A stretch of 64,000 nucleotides of DNA from Pseudogymnoascus verrucosus (Eukaryota). The notes beneath the pieces were generated by a model. It saw only the letters and a list, made by a program, of their open reading frames with translations, did not search any database and was not told where the DNA came from. The translations under genes and the position numbers were made by a program. Positions within the stretch are counted from its first letter, which is position 1; each line of letters opens with the position of its first letter. This document shows, in pieces, positions 35,510 to 49,812 of the stretch. The stretch lies in NCBI GenBank assembly GCA_001662655.1, contig KV460207.1, one strand, 5' to 3'.

Positions 35510-37673
35510 ATGAGGCCTATTCTTTCGTTCAGCCGACTGTGTCTCCGGCAAGGTCTATCACAGATTCGACCCTCAATCGCCCGTCAAGCCCGCACCTACG
35601 GGACCACCGCGAACCGCTTTGCGACAGCAAGAGCCCAATTCCGTCGGCCACCGAACAATGGAGGCAAACTGCTGCTGGCCTCGGTGGCAGCGTTGACGCC
35701 CGCGTTTTTCGTGCAGCTCTCCGAGCAGGATAACGATGGCACCGACAATACCGGGGAGGAACGGATGCTGGAGGCTTCGCGGGAGGAGATAGAAAAGAAG
35801 CTGTCTGACGACGACGAGGGGATTTTCCGGATATTCAAAGGCATAATTCTCTTCCTCGACCTGAATATATGGGAGCCGCTGTGCACTGGGTTCAGATTCC
35901 TGCACTTGGTTATAATATTCGTCCCTGTGATCGCTGCCGTGCCTTTGATTTGGATTGGACAGAGACAGGCCGAGCAAGACCACGAGAGGTCGGGAACGCT
36001 ACTATGGTATCGATTCCTCGTCAACTCGATGGAGCGCGCCGGCCCAGCTTTTATTAAAGTATGCCTCTATTCGTCGTCCCTCCAGGCTATGCTAACAATA
36101 CCCAGCTAGGCCAATGGGCCGCATCCCGTTCCGACATATTCCCAACCCAGATGTGCGAGATGATGTCCCAACTACACTCCAACGCACCCGCACACTCTCT
36201 CCACGACACAAAGCGCATCATCCGACGCGCCTTCGACCACCGCCCATTCGAAGATATCTTCGAGGAGTTCGAGGAGCAGCCCCTCGGCGTCGGCGCAATC
36301 GCGCAAGTCTACAAAGCAAAGCTAAAGCCCGACCTCGCCGTGCCAGGCGACCCGGATCTGGCTGACCACATCGAGTTCCGCAAGACCGTGCGCCATAATG
36401 TGGACACCCTCATCAAGAAGACCCCGCAGCGCGTGCCGTCCAACTACGTCGCGATCAAAGTGCTGCATCCAGGCGTCGAGCGCCTCGTGCGCCGCGACCT
36501 GTGGATTATGGGATTCTTCGCTAGCGTACTCAATGCGATTCCTACGATCGAGTGGCTCTCTCTACCCGACGAAGTATCGCAGTTTGCGTCTATGATGCGC
36601 CTCCAACTGGATCTGCGCATCGAAGCTACCAATCTCCTCCTTTTCCGCCGCCACTTCGCCGACCGCACCACGGCGTGGTTCCCATACCCCCACACGGCCT
36701 TCACAACTCGCCAGGTCCTCGTCGAGGAGTTCGCCCAAGGTATTCCCCTCGCGGACTTCATGGAAAACGGCGGCGGCGTCTTCCAAGAGGCCATCGCGAA
36801 CGAAGGCCTCGACGCCTTCCTACGCATGCTCCTCATCGACAACTTCGTCCACGCCGACCTGCACCCCGGCAACATAATGGTGCGCTTCTACCAGTCATCA
36901 AAACCCCACCTCCCCTTCTCAAGTAACGGCCCCGACCCCGCCACCGCCACGGACGTCACCGAGACAGTCCTAGAGCGCCTCCGCCCCTACCGTAAACGTC
37001 GCGACAAGACAGGCTGGGAAGACGAGCTCGCGCGCATCGACGCCGCTGGCTTCCGGCCGCAGTTGATATTCATCGATACAGGTCTCGTGACGGAGCTGAA
37101 CGCTACGAACCGCCGCAACTTCCTCGACCTCTTCAAGGCGGTCGCAGAGTTCGACGGTTACCGCGCGGGACACCTCATGTGCTCGCGCTCGCGCCAGCCC
37201 GAGGCCGTGCTAGATCAGGAAATCTTCGCGCTGAAGATGCAACATCTCGTGCTGTCTGTCAAATCACGAACACTGGCGCTGGGGAGCATGCGTATAGGAG
37301 ATATCCTGCATGAGGTTCTCCAGATGGTGCGCGCGCATCACGTGCGCATGGAGGGGGACTTTATAAATGTCGTTCTCAGCATCCTGCTCTTGGAGGGTAG
37401 TGGTAGGCAGCTAAATCCGGATATCGATTTATTGTCTAGTGCGCTGCCGATCCTGAGACAGCTCGGGGCGCAGAGTGGTGGTGGGATGCTGAGACAGGGG
37501 GATTTCAGTATGTTGAAGGTCTGGGCTGGGTTGGAGGCGAGGAAGTTCATGCAAGCCAGTGTTGAGGATGTGAGTTTTCTTCCGTTTTCTGTGGAGGTTT
37601 GATGGGGGTGGTTGCTAATATTCGATAGGTTGAGCGTGCGGTGAAATATGACCAGCTCTCACCGAATGTATGA
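35510..37673 (+). CDS. ABC1/UbiB-family atypical kinase, mitochondrial
   Basis: GPAFIK|LGQWAASRSDIFP, PLGVGAIAQVYKA, VAIKVLHP, FVHADLHPGNI and FIDTGL. Introns near 36059-36105 and 37570-37629. Confidence 0.92.
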
Positions 37674-38149
37674 GTGGCTACATTATGGATATTTAATTGG
37701 TAAGTAGGGTATAACTGCACGGTGCCGGCAATACGGTCGGGGATATGTATATAGGCGTTTTGGTATAGGCATTCATCTCAGGTTGGCGAGAGGAAGGGTG
37801 GTAAGGGGATAACATAGTAATGTAAATACTCCACTATATATAGACGAGATAGACGGGGAATACATATATACCCATGAGAAATGTACAACAGGCAACAGCA
37901 AGTAATCTTCACAACACACAAACAAGCAAAAGAGCAGTCTTTACGATACCATCTATCAATTTACCCCCCCCAGAATCTGGTGATATACAGAAAAAACAAA
38001 ACACGATTCTATCCACATACCCAGAGCCAACGCCACATCCACCCCCCCCAGTCAAATTACCCATATCACCCCCTCCCATAACCCACACCTAATTACCCCC
38101 CTTACCACCATCCATCACAACCCCACTAAGAAGACAAGCAAGACAAACT

Positions 38150-41100
38150 TTACATCCTCCCCTCCACCTCCCCCACCACCTCCCCAAACACATCCGCGAC
38201 CTCCACCCCAACGCGGCTACGATTCCACTCCCCCCGTCCCTTCCACAAACACTCCATCATCTCCCGATACGCCATCTCCAGATCCTCAACACCCCACCCA
38301 TCTGTCCTGTTGACAAACATCTCGAGAAGCTGCGCTAGGTACACCTCATCGATGATAACCTCCTTCTGGCTACTCGCCGCCACGCTAACCACTTGACTCG
38401 GTTCCCCAGCCGTGCTAGCTAGATCCTGGTCCGAACCAGCATGCATGCTCGGGTAAGCAGGCGTAGGCGCGCTAGCACCACCAGGTTGCGACGGCGCCGA
38501 CGTGGAGTGCGACACCGATGCCGACGACGCGGTGGGTGGTCTTCCATGAACCTGGCTGTGCACCCAATCCTGGCTCTGCGTATCAGGGAGCTGGCTATCC
38601 CCGTCACCATGACCATGAAGATGCGGGCTATACTGCTGACTCCCACCATGGCCGTTCGTAAGCTGCGTACTCTTGTCACCAGAGGACTGCTCGGTTTTGC
38701 GTCCCGAGGTGGTGGTCGAGGCGTCGTTGAAGAGGGCGGTGGGGGACATGTCGTGGGGGAGGGATTGGAATGCGGAGCGTTGGCTGAATTGGCTTCCTTG
38801 CGTGTTTAGTGCTGAGGGCATGGAGGTGCGGGAGCGGAAGAGGGAGCCGCCGGTTGTGGCGGGGGGTGGGGGCATGTTTTGCGAGTCGAGCTGGGATGCC
38901 TCGTCTGTGCCGCCCATGGCTACGTCGTCGCCGCCGCTGTGGCGTGTGCTTGGCAGTGACGAGCCGTTGCTGAGACGCTGCTCGCTTGATAGGGAAGAGT
39001 GCGTAGCCGTCCCGTTGGAGAGGGAGGTAGGCGTGCTGAACAACCCTGGAGCGCGGGATTTTGGCGTTGGCATCCCGAGGACGATGGGCTCCTCCCTTGA
39101 TCCTTCAGCGGGGATATCTGAGCCAATGAGGATGGCCTCCTCCTCAGCGCGCTTGCGATGCTTCTCAGCCTTCTCCTTGACGCGCTGGAGCTGTCGTTGA
39201 TACACGTTTTCGCAGTCTGCGACGACAGGATTGGCCTCGATGAGCGCGAGGTCGACCTCGACGTTCGCGAGCAGCTCCTTTCCTCTTAACGCACGCTCCT
39301 GGTCGCCGGTGTTCTTCATGTCCTTCGCCAGTCTGCGAATATCGGCTACGAAGTCCTTTGGACGCGCGTAGAACCCGTTGGACAGCCTCTCCTCGATAGT
39401 CGTCGTCTCGAGGTTATAAAAGAACTTCCCCGTCGCACTATCCCTCAGCCCAGACACGCCTTCCTTATCCACGTCAAGCTCGTACGGACGGAACTGCACA
39501 ACGTCCGGTCGTACGTAGTTGGGATCTTGTTCGTCATAGAGGTACTGAATGACGGATTGCGGGACGGCAGGGTTGCGGAACTTGCGGTACTTCTTCTGGA
39601 TCTGGTCCATGATAGGCTGGATCATCACCTTGAGGGTGTTGAGGGTCTGGCGGTCGCGCTGCTTGAGCGCCTTCGTCTCTTCCTTGGTAGGGACGCGGGG
39701 AGGTGGCGGAGGCGCGATAGCGAGTGTGTCAAGCTTGCGCAGCTTGCGGTTCACAGGATCAGGGAAATCAGTCGGTTGTTTCTTGATGTAGTCGATGATG
39801 TTCTTGAAGAAGTCCTCGCGATTGTGCTGCATAAAGTTAGCAAAAGTGTCCCCAACAAAACCACCCTCCCCAGGATGTAGGACGATGCACTTACCCTCGT
39901 CGGCTTCGTGATTAAGAAGCGGTTCTTCTTGGTGAACCCAAACAAATCCCGAATCATCTCCTGACTCGCCTGATCAGGCTCCGCATCGCATATCCCAAGC
40001 ACCAGCACCGGATCCGTGGGCGGGATTCCCCTCAGCAGCCCCAGGAAAGTGGTGATCGCCGAGTCGCTGAGGGTGTGATACCATGTATCCACTCCCGGCA
40101 AGAAGATCACACTCGGCTTATGCCTCTTGACCTCCGCAAACAGCTGCACGATCGCCGTCTCCGCCGACCTCGCTGAATCGCTATAGATAGTCGGCAGATC
40201 GAAACTCTGGACGTGCAGACCCTCAAAGTGGTTAAGAAGCGCAGACCCAAGGTACCCCTGCCCCATCCCAGGATCTCCGCCGATGAGCAGTCTTGGGCGG
40301 AATACACGCGCCTTCTCGAAGTCCTGAGCTAGCGTCTCTCGGCCAAAGCCCGCGTCCGCGTCCTCATACTGCTCGTACAGTGCCTCCTGGAGCGCAGTGG
40401 TCTTCTTCTTGATTGGAATCAACCCATCCAGCAGCGCCTCAATAGACTTCAACTGGTCGCGCAGGAGTGGCTCAACAGCCTTCGGTAAGGGCGCTGCGCC
40501 AGACGACGTCGCACGCTCGGAGGAAGGCACCATTTTCTTGATCGACAACATGAAGTCCTTAGCCGTGATCTTGATCTTATCCGGGTCAACGATCAACTTA
40601 TCATTCGACGAGTAGATCTGCGGGTACGTGCGCTGAATCGCGTTCAGCGCCGCCTCCGTGCAGAGCGCGCGCAGATCCGCACCTCCATACCCCTTCGTAA
40701 CGTGCGACAGGCTGTCCTTGAACTTATCATCCACGCCCCAGTCGCGGGTGTGGATGTCGATAATGGAGCGCCTCCCCTCGATATCCGGTAGGGGGAAGTA
40801 GAACTCGCGATCGAAACGACCCGGACGTCGCAGCGCAGGATCGATGTTATCAGGCCTGTTGGTCGCACCAATCACGATAACTTGTCCACGACCATCCATA
40901 CCGTCCATAAGCGCGAGCAGGGTGGAAACGATGGAAGCGTGGATCTGCTCCTGCTTGCTTGAACGCACAGGCGCGAGACCATCAATCTCATCGAAGAAAA
41001 TGATACTAGGTTGTGTCTTCCGCGCCTCCTCAAACAACAGCCTGAGCTGGCGCTCCGCCTCTCCGACCCACTTACTCAGTGCATCAGCACCTTTACGCAT

Positions 41101-43161
41101 GTAGAAAGTGATCTTGCGACCCCCTGACCCAACACTGGCCGCGAGTGCTCGAGCAAGAAGCGTTTTTCCCGTACCAGGAGGGCCGTGGAACAGCACACCT
41201 CGAGGAGGCGTGACGTGGAACTTAAGGAACAGCTCCGGGTACAGCAATGGCATCTGAACCATTTCCTTAAGCTGGTCAATGTGACCCGCCAACCCACCGA
41301 CCTTACTGAAATCAACATTCTGGTCCACACCAAGCGGATCCGCATCAGCAAGAGCCTTCTGGCTCTTGATCTTGCCGAGATTATTTGGCGTCCCCCCAAC
41401 AGCCGCCATGGGTTCGCTGGGGTTCGTTTGTCCGAGACCAGGGAGAAGACCAGCAGGCATGCCAGTCGTAGGCGTCATACCAACATTGCCCGCCACGCCA
41501 GTAGGTCGCGCCAGATTCTCATCGTCACTACTATCCGAGTCGGCACCTCCCGCAGCGCCCGTCCCCCACGGTCCAGGACCTGTAACAGGAGTTGGGCCAC
41601 CACCACCACCAAATGGTCCATATGTCGTATGCAGCGTGCGCTCCCATTTCGCCTGACTGCCCGTATTGCGCTTACTCCTCCCCGACGGCGCAGGCGCAGC
41701 ATCCTCGAGGTCCTCATCCGCAGCATAAATCTGGTCCATAGGCTTGATAGTGTAGTCGACGCGTTTGCGCTCACGGCGACCCATAGACTCGTACAAGATT
41801 TCCGGGTCACGACGCGCTCTTGGCCGACGCCGACCATTTGCTTTCAGCTCCGCGGCTTCCTCGAGAAGCTCGTCGGCATCAAGGGCCTCGGAGTCACCGT
41901 CGGAATCGTCGCGTCTGCGGGAGCGCGAGCTCTTCGATTTACCGTGGGCGCCACGGCCGCGACGAGGGGTGGAATCTGTGTCATTGTCGCTTCCCTTGCG
42001 CTTACGAGGTGAGGCGTCGGAGGCGGAGATATCCTCTTCGGATTCTTCATTGGGCTCGAAGTCGCTGGTCTGCTCGAGGCCAGCCTTTTGAGGTTGAGTG
42101 CGTTTCCGGAGACGTCTGCCTCCGGGTGGTGTACTGGGTTCGCCCTCGACGGTCTCCTCGACGGTTTGCTCGACGTTCGTGGCTGTCTGGGATACACTCG
42201 TCCGGTTAACACGCGTACGCGAGACCGGTAAGTCATCATCCTCATCATCCTCCTCCTCATCATTAGCCCCATCCCCAGCAGCAGCAGCCGGAAGTTCCGC
42301 CAAAAGATCCCCCGTCCCCTCATCCTTCTCCGAAAAAGCCTGCGTATCATCCTTCGTAGCATGACTATCCCCAATCTCAATATCCCCCTTCGTCTCTTCA
42401 TCAACCTCCATCGCCTCCCCCTCCGCATCCTCCTCCCCCTCCTCAGGAACAGTAGACTCATGCGAGGCCTCCAAAATCGTCTCCCCCACGGGCATCTTAA
42501 GCCCCTTCCCGCCCCTCATAGGCCTCAACGCCTTTGAAGTCTCAGGCGTAGGCGATTCCCCCTGCACAACAGCATGTCTCCCCGAATTAGACAGCGCCAC
42601 AAGCCCCTCATCCACCTCCTCCGTATGCGCCCTCGTATTCCTCCTCGGCCGATTCGCCGCCGTCGTCGGTTCCGCGCTCGCGCGCACGCTGCCCGCGCGA
42701 GTCGTTCGCTTCGAGCTCGGCACGGGAGTCTTGACTTTGAGTGTAATCATCATTTTCTTCGGGCTTCTGTTCTTCTTTGGGGCGATATCCTCCTCCTCCT
42801 CATCCTCATCATCGTTGTTGGTACCCACATCCTCGACATCACTCTCGCTCTCCTCATACTTAACGCTCTTCTTCACAACCCCCCGTAACGGCCTCCCCGT
42901 CTCCGTCCTCTCCGGCTCCTCCTCCTCCTCATCGAAGCTCTGGTCGAGCAGACTGTCATCCGTGAGATCGTCATCATCATCATCGACGTCCGACCCGCGG
43001 TATTTCGCGCGCTTCTTCTTCTTCGCGCTCGCGCCGCCCTTGGATTTGGAGCGCCCGACGGACTTGCGGCTCGTGCGGCGCTCGGGGCCGGACTCGTAGT
43101 CGTCGTCGTTGGAGTCGGATTTGTTGGGGTCGAAGTGCTCGAGTTTGCGCTTGACGGGCAT
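38150..43161 (-). CDS. YTA7: AAA-ATPase/bromodomain histone chaperone Yta7 (ATAD2 family)
   Basis: Acidic N-terminus, GVLFHGPPGTGKT, FYMRKGADALSKWVGEAERQLRLLF, FFDEIDG, RRPGRFDREF and a bromo-like IEERLSNGFY segment. Intron at 39827-39894. Confidence 0.93.
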
Positions 43162-45609
43162 CGTGGCGGTGTGTGGGTGCGTGGGTGATGCTGTATTGTG
43201 ATGTGGTGTGGCGGAGAATAGAGTGTGTCGGACTCAGTTCGATGGATGGGTGTTCAGCTGTGCTGCATCGCAGGAGCGAGTCTGATGGGAGGAGGGAGTT
43301 AGCACAGTGTATCTCCGTATCAAGATCAATGACAGTAAACGAAGTGAAGGAAGGTAAACCCACAATTTCCGTTCGTAGAACTCTTCTCCAACCTTCGTGG
43401 CGCGTACCTCACTCTCCCTTTGTCAACCTCTCAATCCTCCCAAACCGCGCTTCCACCGAAATCGCGTATACGCTGAATCGCCAATAATCCCCCCTAGCAC
43501 ACTAGACCTCCAATCCAAACGCGCCTCAAGAATAGGTATCAACAACAAAAAGAACTCAAAAGAACCTCACAAGAAATCGCCTCCGATCCGGCTCCTATCC
43601 TTGGGACAAATTGGACTCTTGGGAGTTCGATGGATCGCTCGTTCTGGCTCATCCCTCAGTCGCGTTTGTCGGTTGGGCGGCCTTTCTCGCTTAAGGCACC
43701 AAGGCAGGAATTTGAAGGGAAATGACGCTAGTGAATCGCTAGTGGCGATTGAGGCGGAGACATTTTGCGCGAAGTTGCTATCGACGATTCCAAGACTCGG
43801 ATGCGATGGTCATGATGCTCATCCAAATTCCCTCCCTACAGCTTCAAATAATCTCTCAATCCCCTCAATTTCCCCCCGGAGGCATGCGACGGGCATTAGG
43901 CTCCGATTTTGAGGCATTTTCGCCACGGCCGAAGGGGATATTTACGCCTTGCAGGACTCTCTAATTCTATTATTCTTTTTCATCTCGACATGCCATCCCC
44001 AGGTTCAATGGACCTAGTGCGGCTCGAAAGCTTAATTCTTGGTGACAGGCCGGATCGTGCATGGCGCGTGTGGTTCCTGACCACTTCGACCGCCGCATAT
44101 CACGTGGTAATATGCACCCTTTCATAGATCAGATTAACCCACCCTGATCCCTAAATATGCAAGACCCTAATATCGTTGGGTTCAAGGTTGACGAGGTTAT
44201 TTATTGATTTTGCTATTGGGAGATGTAGATGGGGTATCGATTAATGACAGCGTCTATGATCCTCCACCAGGTACTGGATGGCCCGCATACATTACACACT
44301 ATATCTTTAAAAGCTCCCACCACCATGGTCAGTTAGATTACACAACCCCATAAAACCAACCCAGGCCGCTGCCATCTCCCCCAGAATTCCCTCATCATCA
44401 CAATCACAACGTGTTCCATACACACAAATCACGTGAAACAACCCCATATCCAGTTCAACGCTCAAAAAAAAATGTGCAAATCCGGATGCTTAAGATTCCT
44501 AGCTCCGGCACTTCTCTCTAATCTCTCTCTCTGTCCCATCTGCCTGACTGCCACGCTCTGAACTGCTCTTCTTGAAATGCTCAAATCAACCAACTACGCA
44601 TCCATTCGCCGCCACATATTACTTTCCACCCCGTCTTCACCGAACAAACCAGCCCATTCCATTCAGCTCATCCACACTCGACCCAGTGACTCCATGTACC
44701 CCTTCCACTCACTCCCCACCACTCCAGTATCCACCCTTCTTTCCATCGTCATCCTGCTCATCCTCGCTCCCAAGCTGCCCAGTCAAGCAAGCAACGAGAG
44801 TCGAGAAAGCCGCCACCCCTCAAAACAACAACGAAACAACGGAACCCAGAGGAGAGTGGGGAAAACGGATTACTCGGCCAGACAAGTAAAACAAACAAAA
44901 AGATAAACAACGCTCAGAATGTTGGATGATCAGACACGGTTCCCGGCGCACACACGGACATGAGGTTGTTGTTGACTAAAAAAAACGCGCGAACCGCGAA
45001 GAGATATAGGTGTGTGGTGGTGTTGTGGGAGATGCGAGTAAAGTTGGGTGTTATGCTGGTGTGTCGAATCGTAATGCCCAAGGAGAGATATGAGGAACGT
45101 CGCTATCATCATGCCGCTGTATTGAGTTTTCCGCGAGGAACGAAAAATAAAAATCAAGTATAGCCAGTTTCCTCCCAACCACCACGTAATTCCCTTCCTT
45201 CGATCGATCGATCGAAAAACAAAGACGACCAATTTCAAATCTCCCCCTATTTCATGAATCTTTCTCGCCAGCCGGCCACCAACGGAAAAAAAACACAAGC
45301 AAGACGACGCAAAAACGAACCATAATGAGAAAAGCAAAGTGTGGAGGAGTGTGTAGGGAAGTCATCCAAATGCACGCAAGAAAAAAAAAAAAAAAAAAAG
45401 GTAAAAATCGCTCAAAAGGTGCTGTTTCTCTCTGTTGCGCCCATTACACCCCGCAAATGCCCATGGAAAATAAAACAAAACGACGTTCGATAACGAAAGA
45501 TTTGACGCCTGACTTTGAGAAAAGGAAAAATAAAGCGCGGGACGTGAAAACGTTGCCGGCTTTGGTAGAGCAGAGAACACCACCAATTTTAGTGTAGTCG
45601 TGATGATCG

Positions 45610-48187
45610 TTAGAAAAAGTGCGTATATATTTTAGACGTCTCGTGGACTTCCATTTCCTGGAGCAATAAAGTCAGTAACACTTTCCATGAAAGAAAGAGG
45701 GGGTTAATAATCTTACCATCTTGAACGTATTGAGCTCCTCCTTGATCTGCTGCGCGAGCATCGGCGTAAGACGATTGCATGTGGCAATCTCTCCACGGCG
45801 ATCATACTCCGTGCTTGCCCATGTATCATGATAGTTCGCTGCGTTCTTCCACGAGATATTGCGTTTCGCAGCAGGAGTCGCAGGCGAGCTCTTGGACGCG
45901 GTGCCCGTGAAGCGCAGCGCGGACATGAAGTAGTCCTCGCCGTTGAGTGTGACCGACTCGGTGCGGCGGTGCCCGTGCACATCGGAGTTCGGGGTGCTGG
46001 GCGCGGAAGATGGTGGCGAGTCGTCGACGCTGGGGATCTGTGGGAGTCCAAAGTTCGGCGTCTTGTGGTCGACTGGAAGAACGACAGGAGATGAGCTTGT
46101 GGAGTCGGTACCAGAGCGCTTGAGGATGCCCTTCTTGACCGAGGCAAGGACCTCAGCACGCTCTTTGTCGCCTCCTCGGATGCTACGTCTGTGTGCAGAG
46201 TCGGATCCGATGGAGACGTTGTCGGTGCTTCCAGAGGCTCTGCCGAGATTGATTGGAGCTTCGAGAGAGCTGGTGTCTGGCTCTTGGCGACTAGTGACGC
46301 CGCTTTGGTCCCGAACAGAGATATTGCCGTTGGATTGTGGGCGCTCGGCCTCGACATTCACCATGGACACTTCTCCTGTGGTTACTTGTGGCAGCGCGGA
46401 GTCTGCAGCTGGGACACCAATCACCGACTTCGGCCTGAAGAGACCAACAAGCGAGCGTGTAGATTTCTTCATTCCCTTGCCCATCTTTCGAATCATGATC
46501 GACGCAGAAGAAGCAGTGGACGAGATGGACAAGTTGTCGGTCGAACCCGAGAAGAAGTTGCCCTGACCAGAGTATATGCCTGACCCAATGCCACCCTCCT
46601 CCTGCTTCCGGGCAATTCTTGCCTGCTCAGCCTCTTGATCATCTTGGTATGTCTGAAGACGTGCGGCGTCTTCGGTGTGGTTTGGGTTCGTCTCTGCCGA
46701 GGCCTTTCGAAGTTCAGCCGCGCTGCCAAACGAGAAGGCTCGTCGTAATCGCGATGGCTTCTTCCCTCCCTTCGCATTAAGCGCAGCCAACTGCTTCGTA
46801 GCAGGGCTTTGCGGTCGCGATACATTTGTCTTCTCCGGTGTGTTGGTGTTGAGAGCAGCAGTGACTGCGGAGGCAAATGTATCCTTGGTGGTGACCGCCG
46901 ACTCGGTACTCATCGTCGGCTTAGAGAGCGGGGAGGGGTTCGCTGTGCGCTTTGTCGCATCGGATGAGGAACCACGGGCAGGAATATTCACGACCTGAGG
47001 TTGGTCATGTTTCAACGACCCAGATCCTGCAACGGTTGACGAGGCGGGGTTTATTCCTGCGGTTATCACGCTTGAATCTCGCTTCGGTCCCTGCCAACAT
47101 ATATGTTAGCGTATATACACTAGCAGGGGCAGCCCCATCACGATTGGTGGGGATAAATCTAGTCGCTCATGTATGCAAGAAGGGGCCTGCCATGTATGGG
47201 TAAACTTACGGGTGCTCTTGGCTCTGAATGACGAGTCGCGGGGATCGCCTCGTATCGCTCTGTCCTCCCAGGCGAAGATGACGGCCGAATGGTCGGGTAA
47301 CTTGGCTTCTGGTATGGATCATTTCGAAGTTGTCCTTGTTGGCTGAAATTTTCCAGTTTCTGCGCCTCGTTGTTGAAACCCTCAACGGTGTGGATGCTGC
47401 GGCGGCGTGAGCGATCTTCTTTCGCGTGTCTCCGGAGATACATGTCGTCTATAGCACCACGGGATCCGTTGAGTAGCGTATTTCCGGAACTGAAATTCGG
47501 CGCTAATATCTGGGGTGCTTGGCCTTGTTGGTGAACTGGTGCTGCATTTGAGTTGGCCAGGGGTGGTGGAGAAGGCAGAGTGGGAACTGTATCAGCACGA
47601 CGGTGGGCAGGGCGGCGGTAGCGATCTGGTGCAGCCTTTGTGGGGGTCGATGGGCCGCTGCTACCAACACTGGATGAAGGTGTGGACGTAATAACTGTAG
47701 GCAGAGGACGAGTGAGAGTAGTTTCCCATGCCTGAGTAGTCACTGCTCCTCCACTGTTAGAAGTTGCATCACTTGCCGAAGAACCCGAGAGGTTGGACGA
47801 CGACGATGAAGTCGTTGTAGACACAGAGGCGGGTGCTGGATATCTAGAATGACGAGCACTGAGGTGACCTGTAGAAACTGTAGGGACAGTCGGGGCAGAG
47901 GCGGTTCTGTATTGTTGCCTGGGGTTGGTCAAAGCTGGCGTGCTAGTGAAAGCATACGGAGCTATTGGTGCCATAGAAGAAGTATGTCCACGATATGTAT
48001 TGGATCCAGCACTGCCTGACCCTAAGCTGTGGTAGCTATTGCGGTGGACGTTCGTAGAGCTCTGGCCGTATTGGTGAACCTGACTCTGAGCAGTGCTCTG
48101 GAGGATGCCAGAAGCCGAAGCCGGGCGAGATTGCAGCATAATGGCAGGAGCTGACTGTTGAGGAAACGATTGAACCATGGCAGCCAT
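45610..48187 (-). CDS. Bni4-like Ser-rich protein with a C-terminal PP1-binding domain
   Basis: C-terminal YHDTWASTEYDRRGEIATCNRLTPMLAQQIKEELNTFKM|EMEVHETSKIYTHFF. Two introns (~47094-47208 and ~45658-45716). Confidence 0.8.
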
Positions 48188-49782
48188 ATTGAGATCGGTA
48201 TACTGGGGGTGTGTGCTGTGGCCAGTGAAGGCTTTCAGCTGTATGATCGTGGTCTATTGGGGTCGCATTCGTGTACGGGGGATATGCTGGAGTATCGAAA
48301 GAGAAGGCAAGAAATAGCAAGCCTGGATCGGAGATTGTCAGTAAGGTTGTGCTGTATAGGTCTGTGGCACGATGACGAATAAAACAGCGTTCAATGTGGT
48401 ACAGTGCACCTCGGGGACAGCTTCTGGAACGAAAACGCGTCGTCAAAGGGGAGATAAGGAGGACATGAGCGAACGAACCTTCTGGTCAAATGATGCCACG
48501 CCAAAGGTATTATAATCGAAGTAGGCTATCAGAAGCACAGTGAATGTATAGTAGCGAGTGTTGGTGAAGATTTGCCGGAGAGATTCCTGCTCGTTTCCAG
48601 GCAGAACACACTGTTACCGTGAGTCTTGTCTTCGGGGGGTGGTGCCTCCGGTGCTTGCCGACCAGGATGATCGAGTAAGAGGATCAATGGAATCCAGTCG
48701 AGATGACCTCAATGCCTTTTTCGAGATGAAGGCTGTTACGGAGGTCGAGATCGATGAAATTCGGAATCGGAACCGGGGGTAGAAGAGGGCGAAACGAGGG
48801 AGTTTGGTGGAATGGGTGAGCGACAGAAACGAGTACAATCCGGTAAATAAAACAGGGATGGGGTGAGGAGGAGGGGGGGGGATAAAAGAGGGCGAGGTTA
48901 TAGAAGAGAATAGAATTAGGGCAGCACGAAGGGGTATGGGGGAGGGGGAAAGGGGAAAGGGGATAGAGAAAAGGATGAGGTCGAGAGGAGGAGTAGGTTG
49001 GAGAGAGAGAAAGTTGTCGACGACGACGATGATGAGGATGAATTGAGGAGAGGAGGCACACAGAAGTAGAAAGTGTGGTGTCCAAGATCACAGGCACAAA
49101 CACGCACACACACCTATTTTACTACCAACAGTACTAACACCACCACGCCCACCACGCCCAGCACACACAACCCACCACCCACACAGATATGCAAGTACCT
49201 TTCGTATGAAGTACAGACACTAAGAGTACTTTTGTTTTGCTACTACTTTAGTACTACTCTACTGCTACTCTACTACTAATCTACTCTGCTAATATTCTAC
49301 TACTCTGCTAATACACTCCGTACATACTCTCTCTACACGAGAGGGAAAGTACAGATCTGGATATCTGGCCGTACTTCTAGGCAGGGGTTTAGTGCAAGTT
49401 ACAGTACACGAAGTACATTAATAGCATCAGCGTGGTACATTCGCGTCCATGTGGACTCCTCTTGATGCTAGACCGATGCAGGCTGATGGACATAACTAGG
49501 AGGTTCTAGAGGTGCAGGATTATTGTGCAGGACTACTACTACTACTACTGGCGTGCAGGCTGATACACGCCGATGATGCAAGGCAGGAGAAATAAATACG
49601 ACCATAGCATCCAGAGCATCGCCGACTAACGGGATGATTGGCTAGAGGGGGGGTGTTGAAGATGTAGAATAAACACAGAAAACGCCAAAAATACGCCTCC
49701 GTAAACAGCATAAACGGAATAGACGGGAATAAACACAATAAATGGGGGCATAAATGGAGACGCCAACGCCTCATCGGGCTAT

Positions 49783-49812
49783 TGTTAGTTAGTTGGTTAG
49801 TTAGTTAGTTAA
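49783..49812. repeat. (GTTA)n microsatellite
   Basis: gttagttagttggttagttagttagtta. Confidence 0.8.

Noticed and set aside
43400..45600. Cluster of short ORFs between YTA7 and the BNI4-like gene
   Set aside because: They have biased composition and A-runs, with no domains or consistent splice pattern, so they are likely UTR or intergenic DNA.
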